Shown: positions 10,342 through 18,600, numbered from the stretch's first letter. The stretch is DNA of 64,000 nucleotides from a virus (IMGVR_UViG_3300033747_000014); one strand, 5' to 3'. The notes: generated from the letters alone by a model not told the origin. Numbers and translations are program-made.

Positions 10342-10875
10342 ATGAATGAATTAGAAACACGGATGTATTTTTTTGTACCGTACAACATATCTGAAATTCA
10401 GAAGGGTATACAAGCAGGACATGCCGCTTTAGAATATGCAAATAAATATCATAATACAGATATTTATAAAAGATTTATAGAATATGACAAAACTTGGATT
10501 GTTCTAAATGGTGGTACAACAAATAATAACTATGAACTTGGTAGTGGTGAATCTCTTCATAGTTTAAATAAAATTGCTGATGGTTTAGTTGTTAATAATA
10601 TTGAATTTGCATATTTTAAAGAACCAGATTTAAATGATGCATTAACAGCAGTTTGTTTTATCGTTGATGAAAGAGTTTATAATTATAAAAAATATCCAGA
10701 TTTTAAAGAATGGATTATTGATAATTCAAATTATAATTATAAACAAATAAATATTTTGGAAGTAGATATTTTAATTGATAAATATAAAGCACATTATTTA
10801 GAATGGGTTGAATTAATTGGTGGTGAAAAGAATGTATTTTTAAGAGATTTGATTAGAAATAAAAAATTGGCATAA
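10342..10875 (+). CDS. hypothetical protein, possible PTH2-like peptidyl-tRNA hydrolase fold
   Basis: N-terminal KGIQAGHAALEYA resembles the PTH2 GKxAAQxxHAAL motif. Weak, motif-level only. Confidence 0.25.
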   Translation: MNELETRMYFFVPYNISEIQKGIQAGHAALEYANKYHNTDIYKRFIEYDKTWIVLNGGTTNNNYELGSGESLHSLNKIADGLVVNNIEFAYFKEPDLNDALTAVCFIVDERVYNYKKYPDFKEWIIDNSNYNYKQINILEVDILIDKYKAHYLEWVELIGGEKNVFLRDLIRNKKLA

Positions 10876-10876
10876 T

Positions 10877-11086
10877 ATGGCATGTAGTAAAAAACTTAGA
10901 TATTTAGAAGATAATAGAATTGTTTTTATTGACGATAAAGATTCATTATTAAGTAGTATTGCTAAAGTATTAAAAGAAAATGCTTTTCAAGCAAGAGAGA
11001 ATGATTGGACTGAGGATAAAATGGATGAAAGATCAAGATATGATGCTTATAAAATAATGAAAACTGTTGAGGACTTTTTAAGATGA
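10877..11086 (+). CDS. hypothetical protein
   Basis: 69-aa ORF. Confidence 0.25.
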   Translation: MACSKKLRYLEDNRIVFIDDKDSLLSSIAKVLKENAFQARENDWTEDKMDERSRYDAYKIMKTVEDFLR

Positions 11087-11093
11087 ATAAGTT

Positions 11094-11393
11094 ATGGGTA
11101 AAAAAATTTTAAATAATATAACTGGAGATAAAAGGGAACATGTTATTATTTTGAATGATAAATTAATTAAATTTATCATGGAGTCTACCAAAAGATTTGA
11201 ATTTGTTGATTACTCAATGATGAATACTCTTATTTTTTGGGATAATATTGTTGAGAATGAATTTCATGTACATAGTAATGTTAGTATTGATGATTTAATG
11301 GATACATTGAAAAATCTATATGTTAATGAAGCTGAATATAAAGGTCGTTCAAAAATACAATTAGAAATGAAAAAACTTTTAAATATTTATTAA
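11094..11393 (+). CDS. hypothetical protein
   Basis: 99-aa ORF. Confidence 0.3.
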   Translation: MGKKILNNITGDKREHVIILNDKLIKFIMESTKRFEFVDYSMMNTLIFWDNIVENEFHVHSNVSIDDLMDTLKNLYVNEAEYKGRSKIQLEMKKLLNIY

Positions 11394-11395
11394 TT

Positions 11396-11776
11396 ATGAC
11401 TGAATTTAATAAGATTAGAGAAAATTTACAAGAAATAATAAATGAGAATGATGATTATGTTTTAAAAACAAATGAAGAGTTGATTGATATTATTTCAGAA
11501 TATGGTATGGGTGAAACTGAGTTTCATACTACGGATATTGAAAGATTGATAGAAGAAAATAATTATTTTAAAAGAAATTTTAAAAATAAGGAAGATATAT
11601 TATCAATGATTAATGTTTTTGAAAAATTATTGTTAGAGACAAAAAAATCAATGGTAATAATTGGAAAAGATAGTGATAAAGAAGTAGCTAAAAATTTTCT
11701 TGATAGTAATACATTACTTTGTGAATCATATAAATCCTTTATTGAAGGTATGAAATATTGTATTAATGAAAAATAA
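11396..11776 (+). CDS. hypothetical protein
   Basis: 126-aa acidic ORF. Confidence 0.3.
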   Translation: MTEFNKIRENLQEIINENDDYVLKTNEELIDIISEYGMGETEFHTTDIERLIEENNYFKRNFKNKEDILSMINVFEKLLLETKKSMVIIGKDSDKEVAKNFLDSNTLLCESYKSFIEGMKYCINEK

Positions 11777-11847
11777 TAAAAAAAACTTGCATAATTTATA
11801 ACTTTTTTGTAAGTTTGTACTATTTATTAGTAATTAATAAAAATTTT

Positions 11848-12024
11848 ATGAGTAAAGAAAAAACAAATATTATTTCAGATATATTATGTAGAGGTGGTTT
11901 CATTACTTCAACTGAGGATAATTATAAATATATTGATGAAAATTTTGATTTATTATGTAATTTTTTTAAAAAAAATAATTTTATACTTAAACATAGTAAA
12001 AATTTCTTTTATTTATCAAATTAA
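11848..12024 (+). CDS. hypothetical small protein
   Basis: ORF 11815..12024 trimmed to MSKEKTNII because a TAAGTTTG promoter-like box at 11809-11816 would lie inside the longer ORF. Confidence 0.25.
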   Translation: MSKEKTNIISDILCRGGFITSTEDNYKYIDENFDLLCNFFKKNNFILKHSKNFFYLSN

Positions 12025-12153
12025 AAAATTAGATTATATTATGACATATAAAGTAAACACATATAACCCACAGCAACAACCACAACATCCACAAATGTTG
12101 AATGGGTATGCTATGTTTACTTGAACTATATATAATTACAAGAATAAACAAAA

Positions 12154-12188
12154 ACCCATTCAATATAATAATTGAGTGGGTTTTTTTA
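12154..12188 (+). terminator. intrinsic terminator
   Basis: ACCCATTCAAT...ATTGAGTGGGT hairpin plus T7 run. Confidence 0.6.
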
Positions 12189-12189
12189 T

Positions 12190-12261
12190 ATGGTAGTAGT
12201 TCAGTGATAGAACACCATGTTTGGGACATGGGGGTCGTAGGTTTGATCCCTACCTACCATA
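12190..12261 (+). tRNA. tRNA-Pro (anticodon TGG)
   Basis: Manual cloverleaf: acceptor ATGGTAG/CTACCAT, D-stem GTTC/GAAC, anticodon stem CCATG/CATGG with loop TTTGGGA, T-arm GTAGG-TTTGATC-CCTAC. Confidence 0.7.
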
Positions 12262-12293
12262 CTAATAATCAAATAATTAGATTATTTGAGATG

Positions 12294-12364
12294 GTGATTT
12301 TGTTGTAGTGGTAGCATGACACACTGTGAATGTGTTGGGGAGGGTTCGAATCCCTCATTTCACC
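12294..12364 (+). tRNA. tRNA-His (anticodon GTG) with G-1:C73
   Basis: Anticodon arm ACACA-CTGTGAA-TGTGT. T-arm GAGGG-TTCGAAT-CCCTC. Extra 5' G pairs with discriminator C. D-arm and two acceptor pairs are imperfect. Confidence 0.5.
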
Positions 12365-12374
12365 CTTATTCTAT

Positions 12375-12448
12375 TACCCTATGGTGTAATTGGTTTAGCA
12401 CTTCAGATTTTGATTCTGAAAATGTAGGTTCAAGTCCTACTAGGGTAA
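12375..12448 (+). tRNA. tRNA-Gln (anticodon TTG)
   Basis: Acceptor TACCCTA/TAGGGTA, D-stem GTGT/GCAC, anticodon arm TCAGA-TTTTGAT-TCTGA, T-arm GTAGG-TTCAAGT-CCTAC. Confidence 0.7.
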
Positions 12449-12497
12449 CAATTTATTTTTTTATAATTTAATACTATTTATATAAAAATAAATTAAT

Positions 12498-13025
12498 ATG
12501 AAACATGATAAAGAAACATTAATGAAATTAATGGAAAGTGTGAATCCTGATTTTAGATTTAAGATAAATGAAGAAGGAATGGCACAAGTACCAACAGAAT
12601 TAGACAATGTTGATAATGATATATTAAGAGCAGGTATCATGTCTGAAATGGATGCTATCAATTTATATGAACAACTTGCAGCAAAAACAGAGAATGAAAA
12701 TATAAAAAAGGTTCTATTGGATATTGCAAAAGAAGAAAAAACACATATTGGTGAGTTCCAAAGTTTATTGACAAAAATAGATCCTGAATATTCGGAAGAA
12801 TTAATTAATGGTAATGAAGAAGTTGGTGAAATTATTGAATCTTTAAATTCAGAAGAGAGTTGTGGTGTTGATTTTGAGAGATTCTTCAGAGAATTACTTA
12901 ATTCTTATGGATATGAACCAAGTCAGATAGATGAAATGCCGGAAGAAGAAAGAAGACAATTCTTTGATGATTTAGATAAAAAATGGACTTCAAATAAAGA
13001 AGAAAAATACTTGGACGAAGAATAA
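12498..13025 (+). CDS. ferritin-like domain protein (putative) with acidic C-terminus
   Basis: EMDAINLYEQLA...EEKTHIGEF resembles a diiron E..(n)..ExxH half-site. Motif-level only. Confidence 0.3.
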   Translation: MKHDKETLMKLMESVNPDFRFKINEEGMAQVPTELDNVDNDILRAGIMSEMDAINLYEQLAAKTENENIKKVLLDIAKEEKTHIGEFQSLLTKIDPEYSEELINGNEEVGEIIESLNSEESCGVDFERFFRELLNSYGYEPSQIDEMPEEERRQFFDDLDKKWTSNKEEKYLDEE

Positions 13026-13059
13026 TTTTATATTATATTTGTTATTTAAAATATAATAT

Positions 13060-13464
13060 ATGAATAAATATTTGAAAGTACAAAAAGACCAACTTGAATC
13101 TTTATCTGTTTTAGAAGTATTATTTAAAAATAATAAAGATGTTTTAAATAAAAATCTAACTAATATAGAATTAAAACATATATTCATAAAAAAAATGATA
13201 TATTGGTTTGATTTTAATGGTGAATATGAAAATGGTGAAAAAATAGTGAATCTGGATGATGTTTTTCTTGTTTGTAATAAAGAAATAATATATGAAGATC
13301 GAGAAAAAGACTTTAAAAAGTTTAATTTGGAGTTTATATTGGTAAAATCAAGTGATTTAGAAAATAAACACTATATTATTGTAGATGAGTTTCATCCATC
13401 AGCTTTGGATGATTTTTTTGTACCATATGTAAGAAAAAATATAAAAAAAATAAAACTTTTTTGA
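13060..13464 (+). CDS. hypothetical protein
   Basis: 134-aa ORF. Confidence 0.35.
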   Translation: MNKYLKVQKDQLESLSVLEVLFKNNKDVLNKNLTNIELKHIFIKKMIYWFDFNGEYENGEKIVNLDDVFLVCNKEIIYEDREKDFKKFNLEFILVKSSDLENKHYIIVDEFHPSALDDFFVPYVRKNIKKIKLF

Positions 13465-13499
13465 AATTTTTTTATAAAAAGACTATTTATTTAAAAATA

Positions 13500-13530
13500 A
13501 ATGCTTATATTTGCATTATTATATTTGGTA
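13500..13530 (+). promoter_or_regulatory. tandem TATATTTG promoter boxes
   Basis: TATATTTG at 13506-13513 and 13520-13527, upstream of a 37-aa ORF (13589..13702) and the tRNA pair. Confidence 0.4.
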
Positions 13531-13721
13531 AAGCCTCTTTCTAATAAGATTAGAAACGTAACCAAACTTTAAAATTAATAAAAAAGATATGATTAAACTT
13601 AATAAAAATATTAATCTCATAAATACAGAAGCGAAAGCTTTTGATTCGTCATTTTATTATGATGAAGAGGAAAAGTTATATCATGTCGGGAAATATTAAA
13701 TAAATTATAATGTGTATTATA

Positions 13722-13758
13722 AAACCCGACAATCAGAATACGATAGTCGGGTTTTTTT
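13722..13758 (+). terminator. intrinsic terminator
   Basis: ACCCGACAATC-AGAATAC-GATAGTCGGGT hairpin plus T7 run. Confidence 0.65.
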
Positions 13759-13785
13759 GTTCTTTGAAATTGTTGGAAAATATAT

Positions 13786-13871
13786 GCTGCGTTATACAAG
13801 TGGACAAAGTACTCAGACCTTCACTCTGATGTCTATTATGACTTCGAGGGGTTCGAATCCCCCACGCAGTA
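13786..13871 (+). tRNA. type-II (long variable arm) tRNA-like gene, anticodon loop CCTTCAC (nominal TTC), identity unresolved
   Basis: Acceptor GCTGCGT/ACGCAGT, anticodon stem TCAGA/TCTGA, variable arm GTC-TATTAT-GAC, T-arm GGGG-TTCGAAT-CCCC. C at position 33 and a poorly formed D-arm are non-canonical. Confidence 0.4.
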
Positions 13872-13881
13872 CAATATAAAT

Positions 13882-13959
13882 GGTTATGTGTGCTCGACTG
13901 GCGTGCGGGATATGGACTGTCACTCCATAAAAACGAGGGTTCGAATCCCTCCATAACCG
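13882..13959 (+). tRNA. tRNA-Asp (anticodon GTC)
   Basis: Acceptor GGTTATG/CATAACC, anticodon arm ATGGA-CTGTCAC-TCCAT, T-arm GAGGG-TTCGAAT-CCCTC. D region is 4 nt longer than canonical. Confidence 0.5.
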
Positions 13960-13977
13960 CTTAAAAAAATATTAATC

Positions 13978-14247
13978 ATGGAACAAAACGTTAATAGAAT
14001 TACTGAATTGGTTAGAGAAAATGATTCATTAAAATTAAAAATTTTTAATTTAAAAAATGAAAAGAAATATTCTAAGGAAAATGAATTAAAAGAATTTATT
14101 GGAGAATTATATAATAGTGTTATTGAAGAATTAAATAAAAAAGATTCCAGATATGATGCAGATGAATACAATAAATTAACTAAAGAAGATATATTGGGTA
14201 ATCTAAAACAATATATCGAAGAATTTAAAAGAGAATATCGACTTTAA
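13978..14247 (+). CDS. hypothetical coiled-coil protein
   Basis: 89-aa Lys/Glu-rich ORF. Confidence 0.3.
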   Translation: MEQNVNRITELVRENDSLKLKIFNLKNEKKYSKENELKEFIGELYNSVIEELNKKDSRYDADEYNKLTKEDILGNLKQYIEEFKREYRL

Positions 14248-14288
14248 AGACAATAATTCAAAATATCGGTTTATTGGTCGATAAAAAA

Positions 14289-14369
14289 TGCCTAAGTGGT
14301 TGAATGCAGACACAATGCTCTTAGAAAGCATGGCTGAAAGGCGTACAGGTTCGAGTCCTGTCTTTAAAA
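14289..14369 (+). tRNA. tRNA-Leu (anticodon TAG)-like gene with unpaired 5' acceptor strand (possible pseudogene or split gene)
   Basis: D-stem GTG/CAC, perfect anticodon arm ATGCT-CTTAGAA-AGCAT, variable arm GCT-GAAA-GGC, T-arm ACAGG-TTCGAGT-CCTGT, 3' acceptor CTTTAAA. Adjacent 5' strand is TGCCTAA, not TTTAAAG. Confidence 0.45.
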
Positions 14370-14460
14370 AGTTTTCAATAAAAGATAGAAAAAAATATAT
14401 TTTTATTTATTCTTTTTATTTATTTCACTATTTATATTTAAAGTCTTAAATAGACATTTT

Positions 14461-15675
14461 ATGTTGAAAGCTATTAAAATAAGATTATACCCTAATAATG
14501 GTCAAGAGATTTATATGAATAAACTTCTTGGTTCTTATAGATTTGTATATAATCAATCTCTTAATTTTGCAATTCAACAATATAAAGAAGATAAAAAATC
14601 TGTAAATATTAAGATATTAGGTAATTTTTTATTTCAAAATCTTTTAAAAAATGAAGAACTTCACTTTCTTAATGAACACAATACTAAAGTATTAAATCAA
14701 ACACTAATAAATCTATTAGATTCATATAAAAGATTTTTTATTAATGGAAATGGATTTCCTAAATTTAAATCGAAAAATAATAATCAACAATCTTGCAGGT
14801 TCCCTGCACAAGCAATTAGTAAAAATAATGATTATGAATCAGGAAGATTAACATTAACTAAACAATTAAAGAATCTAAAATTTAGATGTTCAAAACAATA
14901 TAAAAAACAATTAAATGAATCAATAGTTAAATCAGCAACGTTAACTAAAACTAAATCTAATAAATATTATCTATCTATATTAGTAGAAACTGAATTAAAT
15001 AAACAATTACCAGAATCTAATAATATTATTGGTATTGATTTAGGAATTAAAGATTTTATTATCACTTCCGAAGGTGAAACCTTCGACAATATTAAAATCA
15101 AACGAAACAATCAAAAGAAGATTGCTAAATTACATAGAAAATTAAGTAGAAAGAAAAAAGGAAGTAATAATAGAAACAAGGCAAAAATTAAATTAGCAAA
15201 ATATTATGAAAAACTAAACAATAAGAAAGAATATTATTTACATAAAATTAGCAATAAATTACTAAACGAAAACCAAGTTATAGTAATGGAGTCTTTAAGT
15301 GTAAGTAATATGGTTAAGAATCATAAATTAGCTAAATCTTTACAAGAACTTAGTTTATATAGATTTAAGGAAATCTTAAGATATAAATCTAGTTGGTATG
15401 GAAGAGATTTAGTAGAAATAGATAGATGGTTTCCTTCAAGTAAATTATGTAATAACTGTGGATATAAGAATAATGGTTTGACTTTAAAGGATAGGACATG
15501 GATATGTCCAGAATGTAGTAAAAGTCATGATCGAGATATTAATGCAGCAATAAACATAAAGAAAGAGGGAATAAAGATATTAACAAATAAAGTACCTGAT
15601 AGTATCGGGGAATTAACGCTTCAGGAGAGTAGTCTGTTAGGATCTCGAAGAATGAAGAAGAATAATTTTCTATAA
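14461..15675 (+). mobile_element. tnpB: IS200/IS605-family TnpB (OrfB) RNA-guided nuclease gene, copy 1
   Basis: 404 aa. RuvC-I IGIDLGIKDF, RuvC-II VIVMESLSV, zinc ribbon CNNCGYKN...CPECSKSHDRDINAAINI with RuvC-III Asp. No adjacent tnpA. Confidence 0.8.
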
Positions 15676-15705
15676 TTATTCATACTCTTAGGTACAAAAA
15701 TATAT

Positions 15706-15780
15706 GGGGGCGCATGTACCAAGGCTGGCGAGAAATCCTTGCAAGATTTCTGTGGATCGATTCGATTTCGACCGTCTCCA
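15706..15780 (+). tRNA. tRNA-Ala (TGC)-like element immediately 3' of tnpB (tRNA or IS right-end RNA)
   Basis: Acceptor GGGGGCG/CGTCTCC with a G3:T70 wobble as in tRNA-Ala, anticodon arm AAATC-CTTGCAA-GATTT, T-loop TTCGATT. No D-stem can be formed. Confidence 0.3.
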
Positions 15781-15835
15781 CTATAAACATCTATAATTCA
15801 AATAGTCATCAAATATTAAATTATTTTTTTTATTA

Positions 15836-15918
15836 GGGAGTGTTGAGCAACAGATTGGCTCACCTGACTGTAAATCAGGCTTCTACGGAACATGTAGGTT
15901 TGAATCCTACCACTCCCA
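15836..15918 (+). tRNA. tRNA-Tyr (anticodon GTA), bacterial type with long variable arm
   Basis: Acceptor GGGAGTG/CACTCCC, D-stem GAGC/GCTC, anticodon arm CCTGA-CTGTAAA-TCAGG, 14-nt variable arm, T-arm GTAGG-TTTGAAT-CCTAC. Confidence 0.7.
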
Positions 15919-15925
15919 CATTTTT

Positions 15926-15999
15926 GTGCTTGTAGTTTAATTGGTAAAACCCCATACTTTTAATATGTGAGAGTACAGGTTCGAATCCTGTCGGGCACA
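15926..15999 (+). tRNA. tRNA-Lys (anticodon TTT)
   Basis: Acceptor GTGCTTG/CGGGCAC (two G:T wobbles), D-stem GTTT/AAAC, anticodon loop CTTTTAA, T-arm ACAGG-TTCGAAT-CCTGT. Confidence 0.65.
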
Positions 16000-16006
16000 C
16001 TTTTTT

Positions 16007-16079
16007 GAAACAGTAACTCAGTTGGTAGAGTGTTAGATTGAAGATCTGATTGTCGTAGGTTCGATCCCTACCTGTTTCA
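16007..16079 (+). tRNA. tRNA-Phe (anticodon GAA)
   Basis: Acceptor GAAACAG/CTGTTTC, D-arm ACTC-AGTTGGTA-GAGT, anticodon loop TTGAAGA, T-arm GTAGG-TTCGATC-CCTAC. Confidence 0.7.
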
Positions 16080-16124
16080 CTTTTTAACAATAATTAACAT
16101 TATAAAATTTGTGTATTATAAAAT

Positions 16125-16145
16125 ATTTATTTATATTTGCATTAT
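16125..16145 (+). promoter_or_regulatory. TATATTTG promoter box upstream of ORF 16213
   Basis: TATATTTG at 16132-16139. Confidence 0.45.
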
Positions 16146-16212
16146 ATCTAAAAGGGTATAATATTAGAAATAAACAACAAAATATACCCAATAACATATA
16201 AAATTATGAATC

Positions 16213-16926
16213 ATGTTAATATTGAGTAAATTTAAAGATTATTATGATGGTGTTGTGGGAAGTATGGGTGTTGATAAGACTATTGTATATGATCGACAAC
16301 AAAAAATAATTGAGAGAAGAGATAAGGATTTTCCTGAGAGGTTAAAATACAAACCATTTAAAGAAAGGATGAAATCAAATAATGTTTTTCAACATATATC
16401 AGATTTCTCACATAATATGTATTATGGCTTTAGAAGGAATGATGATTATGTTGAGGTAAATCCTTTTTTAATTGGTTTTTGTGGAAAATATTATTTGGGT
16501 TGGAAAAAAACAACACCCTCAGATATAAATATCACATATAATTTTGATGATGTTAAGGAATATGTTAATGATAAATATAATACAGTTTTTAATTCTGTAA
16601 ATATTCATGACCTCATTAGAGATATTGAAAACATGGATGATATGAGTTTTTTTAGAGATTATAACACACCAACATTTGTTGTTGACTATAGTCTTGGTAG
16701 AAAAAAAGACGATGAGTTTATAATCAATCCAATTTTAAAAAAATATGATTTTTATAAAATATTTGATGCTTTTACAGCATTTCAAGAAATTCAAATGTTT
16801 ATTAGTGGTGTGTTAGGATCAAATGAGAACAATATTATTGAAATAGATGATAAACATAAAATTCAACAACATGGATTTGATTATAAATGGAGTTTTAGAA
16901 AAAAATCTAATAAAAAGAAAAAATAG
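16213..16926 (+). CDS. hypothetical protein
   Basis: 237-aa ORF with Lys-rich C-terminus. Confidence 0.4.
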   Translation: MLILSKFKDYYDGVVGSMGVDKTIVYDRQQKIIERRDKDFPERLKYKPFKERMKSNNVFQHISDFSHNMYYGFRRNDDYVEVNPFLIGFCGKYYLGWKKTTPSDINITYNFDDVKEYVNDKYNTVFNSVNIHDLIRDIENMDDMSFFRDYNTPTFVVDYSLGRKKDDEFIINPILKKYDFYKIFDAFTAFQEIQMFISGVLGSNENNIIEIDDKHKIQQHGFDYKWSFRKKSNKKKK

Positions 16927-16935
16927 TTATTGACT

Positions 16936-17018
16936 GGAGAGTAGCAGACAATGGTGTCTAAGCGGACTTGAAATCCGTGCCATCTTTCGGGATGAGGGTT
17001 CGATTCCTTTACTCTCCG
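16936..17018 (+). tRNA. tRNA-Ser (anticodon TGA)
   Basis: Acceptor GGAGAGT/ACTCTCC, anticodon arm GCGGA-CTTGAAA-TCCGT, long variable arm, T-loop TTCGATT. Confidence 0.7.
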
Positions 17019-17032
17019 CAAAATACAAAATA

Positions 17033-17365
17033 ATGAGAAAATACGAAGCAATAAATTTAGCTAGATATCATAAATTCACAAAGAAAGAACTTTATAATAT
17101 TTTAAAGGATGCTTTAGAAAATGAACCGGATGAATATTGGGATAAACCAAATAGAATAAATAAATTGTTTAATAATGGTTATTATTTCAACCAATGTAGA
17201 AAATGGTTACAATATGAAAAGGGTGTTAATGATAATGATATCCCTGCTGAGATAGTAGTTGTTAGAATATTGGAAATTTTCGGTAAATACAGTAAAGTTC
17301 AATTACCAAAAAAAGAAAAACCTGAAATAAAAACAACTGTATTTGAAAAACCAAAATTAGATTAG
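17033..17365 (+). CDS. hypothetical protein
   Basis: 110-aa ORF. Confidence 0.35.
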   Translation: MRKYEAINLARYHKFTKKELYNILKDALENEPDEYWDKPNRINKLFNNGYYFNQCRKWLQYEKGVNDNDIPAEIVVVRILEIFGKYSKVQLPKKEKPEIKTTVFEKPKLD

Positions 17366-17367
17366 AT

Positions 17368-17616
17368 ATGATTTATATTTTAAAATGGGTTATATATATC
17401 CCAAGATTCGTGTTTGTATTATTTTTTCATTTATTGTTTTATATTATAAATGTTGTTTTATTTTTTGAGATTCCTTCTTGGAATGAATACAAAAGAGAAT
17501 CTTATGAAGCTAATAACTTTATACCTGAATATTTACCTAATTATGATTATGAGGTAATTAAAGAAGAAAAATTTTTAGAAACAATAAAAAGGTGGTTAAA
17601 AAACAAATATTATTAA
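17368..17616 (+). CDS. small membrane protein
   Basis: 82 aa with hydrophobic N-terminal half. Confidence 0.3.
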   Translation: MIYILKWVIYIPRFVFVLFFHLLFYIINVVLFFEIPSWNEYKRESYEANNFIPEYLPNYDYEVIKEEKFLETIKRWLKNKYY

Positions 17617-17632
17617 TTTTAAATTTTAAAAT

Positions 17633-18025
17633 ATGACAATTCAAGAACAAGTAAAAAAAGACATGATTAATGCAATGAAAAATAAAGAGACTGACAAGGT
17701 TTCTTTACTTAAAGTCCTTATGGGTGAGTTTAGTCGTGTCGGTAAAGAGTTAACAGATGAGCAAGCGATCAAACAAATTAGATCTATGTTTGAAAATGCT
17801 AAACAAATGAATAATCAATTTGAAGTTGATATTTTAAATAAATATTTACCTCAAATGTTGGATGAAGAAGAAACAAGAAAGATTGTTCTTGGTATCATAG
17901 AAACTCAAAATTGCTCTTCTATGAAAGATATGGGTAAAGTGATGGGTGGACTAAAAAAACACTCTAAATCGACTCAAATTGATAATAAATTGGCTAGCAA
18001 TATTGTTAAAGATATATTGAAATAA
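17633..18025 (+). CDS. GatB/YqeY-domain protein
   Basis: 130 aa. N-terminal MTIQEQVKKDMINAMKNKETDKVSLLKVLMGEF matches the YqeY pattern (E-x-L-K-x-AMK..D......LR....). Confidence 0.55.
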   Translation: MTIQEQVKKDMINAMKNKETDKVSLLKVLMGEFSRVGKELTDEQAIKQIRSMFENAKQMNNQFEVDILNKYLPQMLDEEETRKIVLGIIETQNCSSMKDMGKVMGGLKKHSKSTQIDNKLASNIVKDILK

Positions 18026-18032
18026 AATACTA

Positions 18033-18080
18033 TTTATGCTTGCAGGATTAAAATATTTGTTTTATATTTGCAAGCATAAA
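18033..18080 (+). promoter_or_regulatory. TATATTTG promoter box bracketed by a perfect 12-bp inverted repeat (candidate operator) ahead of the tRNA cluster
   Basis: TTTATGCTTGCA (18033-18044) and TGCAAGCATAAA (18069-18080) flank TATATTTG at 18063-18070. Confidence 0.45.
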
Positions 18081-18084
18081 TAAC

Positions 18085-18158
18085 GCAGAATGTAGCTTAA
18101 TTGGTTTAAAGCATCTGATTTCCAATCAGAGGAAGCGGTTCAAGTCCGACATTCTGCT
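18085..18158 (+). tRNA. tRNA-Gly (anticodon TCC)
   Basis: Acceptor GCAGAAT/ATTCTGC, anticodon arm TCTGA-TTTCCAA-TCAGA, T-loop TTCAAGT with a weak T-stem. Confidence 0.6.
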
Positions 18159-18169
18159 CAAAAATATTT

Positions 18170-18241
18170 GCTTCGATGGCTCAACGATAGAGCAACTGGC
18201 TGTTAACCAGTAGGTTATAGGTTTGAATCCTATTCGAAGCG
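18170..18241 (+). tRNA. tRNA-Asn (anticodon GTT)
   Basis: Acceptor GCTTCGA/TCGAAGC, D-stem GCTC/GAGC, anticodon arm ACTGG-CTGTTAA-CCAGT, T-arm ATAGG-TTTGAAT-CCTAT. Confidence 0.7.
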
Positions 18242-18243
18242 CA

Positions 18244-18437
18244 AAATTGATTGGGTGTGCAGTGAAAGCAAATAATAGCGCAATTGTATGTGAGGTGGGT
18301 TCAACTCCTGTTTTAATAAAATCCGTTTGGTGGATGCCAAGTATCTGATAACACATCATAACCCTCTGCCGATGCATCGTAAAAGTTTAATAAAGCAGTA
18401 CATAGTTGGATGTAACGGGTTTCCAACCAATCAATTT
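18244..18437 (+). ncRNA. structured ~194-nt RNA with 11-bp terminal helix and an internal T-arm-like element (candidate Y-RNA/YrlA-like or highly unusual tRNA)
   Basis: AAATTGATTGG (18244-18254) is the exact reverse complement of CCAATCAATTT (18427-18437). The element fills the gap between tRNA-Asn and tRNA-Thr. Internal GGTGGGTTCAACTCC T-loop-like motif and GATGCATC palindrome. No cloverleaf can be drawn. Confidence 0.4.
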
Positions 18438-18440
18438 AAT

Positions 18441-18514
18441 GCCGACATAGCTTTAATTGGTAGAGCATCTGATTTGTAATCAGAGGGTTGGGGGTTCGAC
18501 TCCCTCTGTCGGCT
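18441..18514 (+). tRNA. tRNA-Thr (anticodon TGT)
   Basis: Acceptor GCCGACA/TGTCGGC, anticodon arm TCTGA-TTTGTAA-TCAGA, T-arm GGGGG-TTCGACT-CCCTC. Confidence 0.7.
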
Positions 18515-18521
18515 CAAATAT

Positions 18522-18597
18522 TGCGGAGTAGCTGGAGGGGTTCCAGTCCAGTCTCATAAGCTGGGGTACGTGGGTTCAAATCCCACCTCCGCTACCA
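18522..18597 (+). tRNA. tRNA-Met (anticodon CAT; 1:72 mismatch, possibly initiator-like) with encoded CCA
   Basis: D-arm CTGG-AGGGGTT-CCAG, anticodon arm CCAGT-CTCATAA-GCTGG, T-arm GTGGG-TTCAAAT-CCCAC. Acceptor pairs 2-7 with a T:T at 1:72. Followed by ACCA. Confidence 0.55.
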
Positions 18598-18600
18598 TAA

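Noticed and set aside
11894-12308. ORFs 11894..12124 (+), 12029..12229 (-), 12102..12308 (+)
   Set aside because: They overlap a terminator and tRNA-Pro or each other. Low-complexity translations. Only a possible 27-aa ORF at 12041..12124 is plausible and is too short to call.
13733-14171. Minus-strand ORFs 13733..13954 and 13920..14171
   Set aside because: They run antisense through two tRNA genes and a terminator and have no promoter box, so they are spurious.
14243-14249. TTTAAAG as genuine 5' acceptor strand of tRNA-Leu implying a 44-nt intron between positions 7 and 8
   Set aside because: Possible but unparsimonious. The heptamer overlaps the upstream ORF stop codon and 7-nt AT-rich matches are expected by chance. 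Kept only as an alternative in the finding.
15875-16090. 71-aa minus ORF over tRNA-Tyr/Lys/Phe; 18126..18377 minus ORF over the tRNA cluster
   Set aside because: Antisense to well-formed tRNA genes.
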